DNA of 64,000 bases from an uncultured Rickettsiales bacterium (GTDB lineage Bacteria; Myxococcota_A; UBA796; UBA9615), in NCBI GenBank assembly GCA_964490445.1, contig CAZBDA010000010.1, positions 7,830 to 71,829 on the forward strand, written 5' to 3'. Made by a program: the position numbers and the translations under genes. Positions 54,488 to 62,076 of this stretch are shown here, in pieces; the stretch's first letter is position 1; every line of letters starts with the position of its first letter. The notes below the pieces were generated by a model that was given only the letters and a program-made list of their open reading frames with translations, was not told the origin of the DNA and did no database searches.

Positions 54488-55239
54488 TCGACGGTCGGTT
54501 CGTCGTCGTCCTCGACGTGCCCCTCATCCGGGAGTGCCAGGCCCGAGTTGGCTCGGTACGCGCCGGCCGCCATGCGCATCTCGTCATAGGCTGCCAGCCA
54601 GGCAAGTTGCGATACCGGACCGGTCACCAGCAAGCCTACGCAGCAGGTCATCGCGCCGAGCAGGTTCAGGCCTGCGGTGGCGAAGCCGAGGATCAGGAGG
54701 TCCATCTTGTGGCCAGCGGTGAGAGCCCAGGCTGCCTTGATTGCCGCGAAGGGTCCCAGGTCCTCCTCCATTACCAGCACGAATACCGGCCACAGAGCCA
54801 GGGCGGCAATGACTCCGGGCACGATGAAAAGAAGCATGTGAACCGAGACGATCAGGATGTAGAGCAGAAAGGTGAGGAACAGTGTCAGGAGCTTCGAGAA
54901 CCCCTTGAACACGTCGCCAAAAGTCACCGACTCGTCGCCACGCAGATGGCGCAGCATCGCCAGGTCGAAGCCGCCGCGGATGGGACCCGCTACGACCATG
55001 ACCACCAGGGCAAATGACAGCAAAAGCAGGATCAGCAGAGCCAGGAACAGCCAGGCCGCGGCTCCCATGCTGCCGAGGGCGACCTTGTCGGTAACTCCGC
55101 CGCCGCCGCTGCCGCCGCCACTGCCGCCGAGCAGCAAGAAGGTGAGCCACAGGCCCATGCACAGCCACGGCCGCCGCGTGAAGGCCGCCCAGGCCCGTTC
55201 GAGCAGGTGGGGAGGCTGGAGATTGGCGGGTGCCGGCAT
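54484..55239 (-). CDS. Polytopic membrane protein with Gly-rich loop (DUF975-like); function unknown
   Basis: 251 aa from ATG 55239. Four or five TM helices. GGSGGGSGGGG loop. Its stop overlaps the HD-GYP gene stop inside the palindrome CGACTAGTCG. Confidence 0.5.
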   Translation of the reverse strand: MPAPANLQPPHLLERAWAAFTRRPWLCMGLWLTFLLLGGSGGGSGGGGVTDKVALGSMGAAAWLFLALLILLLLSFALVVMVVAGPIRGGFDLAMLRHLRGDESVTFGDVFKGFSKLLTLFLTFLLYILIVSVHMLLFIVPGVIAALALWPVFVLVMEEDLGPFAAIKAAWALTAGHKMDLLILGFATAGLNLLGAMTCCVGLLVTGPVSQLAWLAAYDEMRMAAGAYRANSGLALPDEGHVEDDDEPTVD

Positions 55240-55393
55240 GCTGAAAGCCCTTCTTCCACTGCAGGCAGCGGGAATTCGGAGCGCGAAGCATATCGGAGAT
55301 GATGTCGAGACGTCAGGCGGAGTAGCAGCGGGAACAGGAAACCGTTGCCGAGGGCTGGTGTGTTGAGATCTGCACTGGCTACACTCAGCTTCG

Positions 55394-55762
55394 ATGAAAC
55401 CTGACGAGGCAGCAACGATTCTGCGCGACAGCCAGACAGTGCCGGTCATGGAGGGCTCCCTCTCCGACATCAAGGAGGTACACGGGCTCTGCCTGCAGCG
55501 AGGGCTGCCGGCGGCCATCGTGCGACCCCCACGTAGGGGGGGCGGATGAGGCACCAAGGTAGTGCTCCTGGTGCGGGAGCAGGACAGAGGGTGGCTTGGG
55601 GAGTTGCTGGAGGACCGTTGGAACCGGCTCATGCAGTGGGAGGGCAGGCCTGCCGAGGTGGCCCGCTCGGGCAGCGGTGAGTTCCCCGCCTGTCCGGCTT
55701 GCGGTACCGCCGCCGAGTTGGTTGGTGGTGCCTGCAGTGACTGCGGTTTGCAGTTGGCCTAG
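55394..55762 (+). other. Two same-frame small ORFs (51 aa + 66 aa) separated by a single in-frame TGA; second ends in a CPxCG...CxxCG zinc-ribbon
   Basis: ATG 55394 runs to TGA 55547..55549. The same frame continues (GTK) into the GTG 55562..55762 ORF. A 7-G homopolymer precedes the TGA. May be a pseudogene, two genes, or recoding. Confidence 0.2.
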
Positions 55763-55786
55763 CCTTTTGCCCGGGGGTCGGAACTG

Positions 55787-56431
55787 ATGGCGGGGCCGAT
55801 CGATACGCTCCTGTTCGACCTCGATGGCACCCTGCTGGACTCCGTGGAACTGATCATGGCGGCCTATCGGCACACGATGCAAAGCTGTCTTGGCAGCGTG
55901 CCGGCCGATGAACTCTGGCTTGCGGGCCTGGGCACGCCCCTGACGCGGCAACTCGAGGACTTCGCCCGAGACGCAGAGCAGCACGAGGAGATGAGAGTCG
56001 CTTTCCGCGAGTACAGCAACCTCCACCACGACTCGATGGTGAGCGCCTACGATGGGGTCGCTGCGTTGCTCGGGGAACTCCAGGACCGTGGCATGAAGCT
56101 GGCGCTGGTCACCAGCAAACATCGTGTCAGTAGCCTGCGTGCCTTCCGAGTGGTGGGACTGGAAGGGATCTTCGAGGTGCTGGTCTGTGCCGATGATGTC
56201 GAGCGACACAAGCCGGACCCGCTGCCGGTAACGCGCGCCCTTGCACAGTTGGGCAGTGACGGACGGAGGACGATCTTTGTCGGCGACTCGCCCCACGACA
56301 TGGTCGCTGGCCGCGCGGCGGGAGTGCGTACGGCCGCCGCTTGTTGGGGCCCCTTCAGTGCCGCGCAACTGCAGCCTACCGCGCCCGACTACTGGCTCCA
56401 GCGACCCGCCGACCTGCTGGAACTCCTGTGA
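55787..56431 (+). CDS. HAD-superfamily phosphatase (phosphoglycolate phosphatase-like, subfamily IA)
   Basis: LLFDLDGTLLDS (motif I), LVTSK (II), K...FVGDSPHDM (III/IV). Confidence 0.75.
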   Translation: MAGPIDTLLFDLDGTLLDSVELIMAAYRHTMQSCLGSVPADELWLAGLGTPLTRQLEDFARDAEQHEEMRVAFREYSNLHHDSMVSAYDGVAALLGELQDRGMKLALVTSKHRVSSLRAFRVVGLEGIFEVLVCADDVERHKPDPLPVTRALAQLGSDGRRTIFVGDSPHDMVAGRAAGVRTAAACWGPFSAAQLQPTAPDYWLQRPADLLELL

Positions 56432-58287
56432 ACCCGGGTAAGCCGAAGGGGCGAACATGGCTGCCCTACCTCTGGTCGCTGTTGGTCGGTGGGGTGGTGG
56501 TCACGGCGGTGCTGCTGCGCCTGGCTGGCCGGGGACTCCAGTCCTACGGCTCTGACGGGGCGCAGTACATCGAGCACACCGCGAGGTTGCGGTTGCTCAA
56601 GATGTGGCAGCAGGTGGGCGATAGTTCAGCCTGGCGCTTCCTGTTCGACGCCGACGCTGCGTTCCCTCCGTTCATGCACCTGTTCACTCTGCCGGCGGGC
56701 GCGTGGGTCGGGCATACCGCCGGCGATGCGACCGCCCTGTCTGTGGCCTGGCTCGTCGTCCTGGCATTGGCGACCGGTTGGATCGCAACTCGCCTGTCGA
56801 ACTCTCCGGCCGTGGCGGCTGCCGCCATCGGCGGGATCGTGTTGGTGCCGGCGCTGCACGGCTATGCCACCCGTTACTACTATGACCTGCCGTCGGTCGC
56901 CCTGTGCTGGTTGGCGGCGGCGGTCGTGCTGGCAGGGCGAGACCGGTGGCCGCTGCGGGCAGCAGCCCTGGCGACGCTCACGTTCGTGGCTGCGGTGCTG
57001 ACCAAGTGGGCGACTCTCTCGTTCGGCGTACCGCTGCTGCTTGCGGCGTTGGTGGTCTCCCCGAGTCAGCGTGCGTTGAACGACAAGCGGCCGTCGGAGG
57101 CGCTGCTACTCAACTGGCGCAGCCGGGTCATGGTCTGCAGCCTATGCGTGGTGGGGTCGGTAGTGATGCTCAGCGGCTACCTGCAGATGAGCGGTGCGGA
57201 GAATTCACTTCAGTCCATGAGCGCCACAGCGTTCGGCGCCGCCGACAACCCGGACATGGGCGACGTGCCCGGTGAGTCGAGGGGCGCCCTGGTTGAAGCC
57301 CTGTCCGCGGCAACCAGTCGCGCCGAGCAGCGCAGCAACGAACTGACGGTTGCACACCTGGTTTTCTATCCAATGCGCCTGGTGACCTCGGTGTTCTCGC
57401 CGGCGCTGAGTCTTGTGCTGCTGCCCCTGCTGTTCGCCTGGCTGGCATGGAGCCGTCTTGGCTGGCTCCTGGTCGGGCTGCTGCTGGTTGGCTACGGCGG
57501 CTTCCTGCTGCTGGTGATGCCCGTGCTCGACGACCGCTTCCTGGTGGCGCTGGTGCCCGCGCTGGTCCTGGCTGCGACCTTTGGCTGGGCGGAGCTGTCC
57601 GAGCGACGTCGACAGTACTTTGCCATCGCTGTCGTTGCAGTCGGCCTGTTGGTGCTCGGGGACTTCCACTTTGGAAGCCCGTCGCTGCTCAACCGGGAGG
57701 TGACGCTCTCTCATCCGCATCTTCCGGACGTCCCTCCCACGTCGGTGCGCGGGTTGGGAGCTTCCGGTTCGGTGGAACAGCGCGGCTGGGGTAGAGCGGA
57801 CCGCCAACTGGCTGCGAGTACGCCGTGGCGGGAGGCGCTGTGGCAGGTGGTCCGCGAACAACAACCGCGTTATCTCGGTGTGCCGGGCCAGAGCGAGCTC
57901 ATCGATCCGTGGGGGGACCTCGAGTGGTGGCGCTACCGGGGTCTGCTCGACCAGGTGAGCGGTCCCCGTACGGGTCCCGAGGTCATCGCCATCTGTCCTC
58001 CTCCCGGCCTGGCCGACTATGAGCCCGAGGAGCCCGACCTCGTCGTGCAACTGGTGGCTCCCGGCAGCAAGGCGCAGCCACCCAGTTGCCTGAGCCCTGC
58101 AGATTGGCAACTCGCGGCGTCGGTGGCAGACCCCGAGGGCACAAAAGAGGCCTCGTTCTGGCGCCGCAGGCCCTCTGCGGCTGCTCCGTCTGCGCCGCCG
58201 CCGACCCCTGCAACGGGTCCACCAGGTATCGAGGAGCTGCAGGCTGAGCCGCCGCCTGGCGACGTGCTGCCGGTGGAGCCCATCTAG
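56428..58287 (+). CDS. Polytopic membrane protein, GT-C-fold glycosyltransferase-like (ArnT/PMT-like); tentative
   Basis: GTG 56428 overlaps the HAD TGA (GTGA). More than 10 TM helices in the first 400 aa, with an early periplasmic loop rich in D/Y (SDGAQYIEH). Pro-rich soluble C-terminus. Confidence 0.5.
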   Translation: MNPGKPKGRTWLPYLWSLLVGGVVVTAVLLRLAGRGLQSYGSDGAQYIEHTARLRLLKMWQQVGDSSAWRFLFDADAAFPPFMHLFTLPAGAWVGHTAGDATALSVAWLVVLALATGWIATRLSNSPAVAAAAIGGIVLVPALHGYATRYYYDLPSVALCWLAAAVVLAGRDRWPLRAAALATLTFVAAVLTKWATLSFGVPLLLAALVVSPSQRALNDKRPSEALLLNWRSRVMVCSLCVVGSVVMLSGYLQMSGAENSLQSMSATAFGAADNPDMGDVPGESRGALVEALSAATSRAEQRSNELTVAHLVFYPMRLVTSVFSPALSLVLLPLLFAWLAWSRLGWLLVGLLLVGYGGFLLLVMPVLDDRFLVALVPALVLAATFGWAELSERRRQYFAIAVVAVGLLVLGDFHFGSPSLLNREVTLSHPHLPDVPPTSVRGLGASGSVEQRGWGRADRQLAASTPWREALWQVVREQQPRYLGVPGQSELIDPWGDLEWWRYRGLLDQVSGPRTGPEVIAICPPPGLADYEPEEPDLVVQLVAPGSKAQPPSCLSPADWQLAASVADPEGTKEASFWRRRPSAAAPSAPPPTPATGPPGIEELQAEPPPGDVLPVEPI

Positions 58288-58481
58288 CCCGAGCCCGACT
58301 GTCAGGCCCCCGTCCCGTTGCCGAGTTGTGACGAAGTTGCGACGAACTGTGGCGGACGTGTTGTTTTTCTCCACACAGGCCGCATTGGCCTCTCCCAGGG
58401 CTGTGGCTCGTGGTACCTGGGACCTGGCTGGACAAACCACTACACCCAGGTGGTTCATTGCGGCCACAGCCAGGAGAATCA

Positions 58482-60128
58482 ATGTCATCCGATCGAATTG
58501 CGGCTCGTCACTCCTTCCCGGTGCTTCTTGCAGGACTACTGCTGGCCACCACTACTCTGCTCGGAGCGTGCGCCCAGGACTTTTCCGGCGCCCCCGACGT
58601 TCCCTCCCAGGACCCCACCAACTCTGCTGTCCCGGGGGATGCCGACTTCCAGGCGCCGGTGGTCGTGCTGCTCGAAGACGAGAATTGCTTCGAGTCGATG
58701 GAGTTCGTCGGCGCGGGCCGCGACGAGATGGTGTTCCACTTCAGTTGTGATCCCCGCAGCATCGACCTCGAGCCGGGCGACGTGGTCGTCGGTGTCTATG
58801 ACGGCGGCTACCTTGCCAGGGTCACCGAGATCGAGTTCGGCAGTGACTTCCTCCAGCTGGTCACCGAGTTCATTCCCCTGGCCGAGGCGATCGGCGACGC
58901 TGAGTTCTCCGTAGACGTCGACGAAGCCGGCAGCCGCGGGATGATCGACCTGTCGGGCAAGACGCTGTACAGCTCGGACCTCCACGGTGTCCACATCGAG
59001 GCAGGCTTCCGCCGCGGCTATCTCAGCCTGCGCCCTGAGACTCACTTCGACGCCGCGATGCAGTGGGGCAAGCTGCGCCGTTTTGATGCCATCGTCGGGG
59101 TACGGGCGGACGCTGACTTCGAGCTGTACGTGGCGGCCTCGGGCGCGCACCAGGTCGACCAGGAGATCCCCCTCGAGGAGATCAGCATTCCGTTCGCGTT
59201 CATCGTCGAGGGCATTCCCGTCGCGGGTCGGCTGCAACTCGAAGTGTTTGCGCACCTGGTCTCTCAGACCACCGGCTACGTCGACATGAGCCTGGGCTCT
59301 TACCAGGGCCACTGGAATTGGCAGATGGGCGGCCAGTACCGCGAAGACTCGGGTTGGCAGGGCGTCTGGAACAAGAACTGGCAGTCCGAGTTGGAAGGTG
59401 TCCAGGTGGTCGGCGATGCCGGTTGGCGGGGGCGCGTCGAGTTTTCTGTCCGTCCGTCGGTGAAGTTCTACGAGACGGTGACGGTTTCGGGTCTGGGTGC
59501 GGCGTACCTGCGCGCCAACGCCGATCCGGGCTGCGATGGAATGGACTGGTCCCTCCGCGACGGGATCCGCGCCGAGATGGCGCTGTCGGTACGCTGGCTC
59601 GACCGCTTCATTCCGGACATGCCGCTGACCGTGCCGATGGGAATGACCGAGAACGTAGTGGTCGAGAACACGATCCCCTGGCCGGGCGATCTGCCCAGCG
59701 CGCTGATTCCCGGATGCGGGGGCAGTCTTCCGTGGAGCGGTGAATCCAATTTGCAGCCGCAGACCTTGTCCTGTGGCGACACGGTCTCGGGCAACACCGC
59801 CGACTCTGGGTTCGCCACCCAGGAACTGAATGCCTACTCGTGCAACATTGGCAACTACGAGGCGCCAGAGATGGTGTACGCCTGGACGGCCCCCAGCACC
59901 GGCGAGGTGACCTTGCGACTGGTCGACGCCACGCCTACCGCTGTCAACCATGACCTGTTTGCCCTCGAGGGCAACGCTACGCTGTCACCGAGCCAACTGC
60001 AGGGCACCTGCGTCGGCACCGGCATGAATTCCCTGGTTTTCGAAGCCCAGGCCGGCCAGACCTACCTGCTGGTAGTCGATGGCTACCACGAGGATGCCGG
60101 CCCCTACCAGGTGCACCTGGAGTGCTGA
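58482..60128 (+). CDS. Lipoprotein with C-terminal PPC/P-domain-like beta-sandwich; function unknown
   Basis: GGAGA RBS. MSSDRIAARHSFPVLLAGLLLATTTLLGAC. C-terminal module (YSCNIGNYEAPEMVYAWTAP...TYLLVVDGYHEDAGPYQVHLEC) resembles pre-peptidase C-terminal domains. Confidence 0.5.
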   Translation: MSSDRIAARHSFPVLLAGLLLATTTLLGACAQDFSGAPDVPSQDPTNSAVPGDADFQAPVVVLLEDENCFESMEFVGAGRDEMVFHFSCDPRSIDLEPGDVVVGVYDGGYLARVTEIEFGSDFLQLVTEFIPLAEAIGDAEFSVDVDEAGSRGMIDLSGKTLYSSDLHGVHIEAGFRRGYLSLRPETHFDAAMQWGKLRRFDAIVGVRADADFELYVAASGAHQVDQEIPLEEISIPFAFIVEGIPVAGRLQLEVFAHLVSQTTGYVDMSLGSYQGHWNWQMGGQYREDSGWQGVWNKNWQSELEGVQVVGDAGWRGRVEFSVRPSVKFYETVTVSGLGAAYLRANADPGCDGMDWSLRDGIRAEMALSVRWLDRFIPDMPLTVPMGMTENVVVENTIPWPGDLPSALIPGCGGSLPWSGESNLQPQTLSCGDTVSGNTADSGFATQELNAYSCNIGNYEAPEMVYAWTAPSTGEVTLRLVDATPTAVNHDLFALEGNATLSPSQLQGTCVGTGMNSLVFEAQAGQTYLLVVDGYHEDAGPYQVHLEC

Positions 60129-60135
60129 GAGAGGC

Positions 60136-61992
60136 TCAAGGCGCGCAGTTGCCGTTGTCGCTACTGCCGTCGCCTTCCAGCAGCGGGTAGTAGCAGCCCG
60201 GCAGGGGAGGCGAGAACTCCTCGACGCATCCCGAAGGCCATGACACCTGTAGCTCCTCGAGAGCGGTGGCGGCGGCCAGCCCGAAGTGGAGCTTCTTGGT
60301 ACGTCCCGAGTGCACAGAGGTCGAGCCGGCGACCACCTGGGCTACCTGCGCTATCCCGTTCGCGACGATGCGTACTTCGGCGCCGATGGCGTCCCGGTTG
60401 GACCGCGTGCCCTCCAGCAGGAAGCCGATCCAGCTACCTGCACCCTCGCAGCGGTTGCGATACAGATCCGGCTGACCATCGAGGTTCTGCACGATCAGGT
60501 CCATGCAGCCATCGAGGTCATAGTCGAGCACGGTTGCCCCTTCGCTGGTTCCCAGGCGAGTGTCGACCCCCGAGTTCGGCGCCGTAGCGAAACTGCCGCC
60601 CTCGTTGCGCAGCATGACGTTGGCGGCCGGAACCAGTGAACTCGGGTCGAAGGGCTGGATCTGGCTGCCGAAGGCTGTGAACAGGTCGAGCCAGCCGTCG
60701 TTGTCGATGTCGACGAACTCGGTACCCCAGCTGGTGGTCCGATTGCTGGTGTTGCCCGTGCGGGCCGAGCTCGCCAGCGTCACGTCGATGTAGCTTCCAT
60801 CGCCCTGGCTCTGCAGCAGGACCTCACCGCCGCCATCGGCCAGGTTGGTGATGTAGAGGTCCTGGTCGCCGTCCCGGTCGTAGTCGCCCACCGCCGTGCC
60901 CATGGCGAAGATGGCCAGTCCGCAACCGCAGTCGTCGGTGATCCGAGTGAACCGCCAGCCACCGTTGCCGTCGGAACCATCGTTTCGGTACAGCTGGTTT
61001 GGCTGCACCAGGTGCCCTTCGTCGTTGACGACGTACAGATCCGGGTCGCCGTCGTGGTCGACATCGAGCCAACTGGCCATGAAACCCATGCCCGCCGCTG
61101 AGGGCTCCGGCAGATACTGGCTCACATCCGTGAAGGTGCCGTCGCCGTTGTTGTGGAACAGCGAATCCGGGTAGCCCTCGAGATCCTGGCCCTCGTCCTC
61201 GCCTGCCGGAGCCGAAACCTGGTCGGGCCGGTGGTTGACGACCAGCAGATCCACCAGGCCGTCGCCGTCATAGTCGGCCACCGCCGGGGCCATGCTGCGC
61301 ACCCACAACTCGGTGAGGCCGGCGAACTCGCTGACATCAGTGAACTGGCCGTCGTCGTTGCGAAGCAGCTTGTTGGGATTGTCGCCAGTGACGAACAGGT
61401 CCGGGTCGCCGTCGTTGTCGTAGTCGGCAAAGGTTGCGCCGATATCGACATTGGAGGGGCCCGAGTTGATGTCGCCGAGAAATCCGAGCGGCAGACCCCG
61501 GTCCTCGGCCTCTTCGGTGAACACTCCGTGGCCCTGGTTGACGTACATGCGGTTCTGCACTGCCCCCATCACCATGATGTTGCCGATCACGAACAGGTCG
61601 TCGAGTCCGTCGCCGTTGATGTCACCCACAGCGACGCCGTTGCCGCCCAGGCCTACTTCCTCCCGATCGGTCTCGAACAGTCCTGCGGATTGGGTCATCC
61701 ACTCGAAGCGTCCCAGTGGGGGACTACTCGGGTCGACGTTCGGCACGCAGCCGCCGATCGCATTGGAACATGCCGGGGCTCCGTCGCAGTCCGGATCGTT
61801 GCAGTCGAACAGACCGTCGAGATCGTTGTCGGCGGCATCTGCGCACTCGCCGGGGTCGTCTCCTTCGAAGGCCAGCTCAGTGCAGCCCTGCAGCGCCAGC
61901 GCAGTGCACAGCAGCAGCAGCGGGAGTGGCAGCGCCGGTTGCCTGTTCAGGGCCAATGCCCGGCGCTCGCAGTGGGGGTAGAAGAAGTCCAC
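60136..61992 (-). CDS. CRTAC1-like lipoprotein: MopE-like metal-binding motif + FG-GAP repeats + ASPIC/UnbV domain
   Basis: Lipobox LALQGC. CADAADNDLDGLFDCNDPDCDG. Repeated GDINGDGLDDLF, ADYDNDGDPDLF, ADYDGDGLVDLL, LDVDHDGDPDLY. C-terminal IGAEVRIVANGIAQVAQVVAGSTSVHSG is UnbV/ASPIC-like. Confidence 0.65.
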   Translation of the reverse strand: MDFFYPHCERRALALNRQPALPLPLLLLCTALALQGCTELAFEGDDPGECADAADNDLDGLFDCNDPDCDGAPACSNAIGGCVPNVDPSSPPLGRFEWMTQSAGLFETDREEVGLGGNGVAVGDINGDGLDDLFVIGNIMVMGAVQNRMYVNQGHGVFTEEAEDRGLPLGFLGDINSGPSNVDIGATFADYDNDGDPDLFVTGDNPNKLLRNDDGQFTDVSEFAGLTELWVRSMAPAVADYDGDGLVDLLVVNHRPDQVSAPAGEDEGQDLEGYPDSLFHNNGDGTFTDVSQYLPEPSAAGMGFMASWLDVDHDGDPDLYVVNDEGHLVQPNQLYRNDGSDGNGGWRFTRITDDCGCGLAIFAMGTAVGDYDRDGDQDLYITNLADGGGEVLLQSQGDGSYIDVTLASSARTGNTSNRTTSWGTEFVDIDNDGWLDLFTAFGSQIQPFDPSSLVPAANVMLRNEGGSFATAPNSGVDTRLGTSEGATVLDYDLDGCMDLIVQNLDGQPDLYRNRCEGAGSWIGFLLEGTRSNRDAIGAEVRIVANGIAQVAQVVAGSTSVHSGRTKKLHFGLAAATALEELQVSWPSGCVEEFSPPLPGCYYPLLEGDGSSDNGNCAP

Positions 61993-62076
61993 GAAGTCCC
62001 AGTATAGGCGGACGAGGAGCTCGCTGAGAGGGGCAGCCGGTGGCCCGGTGCCCGGGCACAGTAGCTTCCGTCACTG

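Noticed and set aside
55385-56458. 357-aa minus-strand ORF
   Set aside because: Antisense to the HAD phosphatase gene, which has canonical DxDGT motifs. Low-complexity Gly/Arg/Gln translation.
57205-58488. 427-aa minus-strand ORF (likewise 58536..59951 minus, 61153..62007 plus, 62617..63948 plus)
   Set aside because: Antisense to genes with signal peptides or TM topology and recognisable domains. Arg/Ala/Gly-rich.
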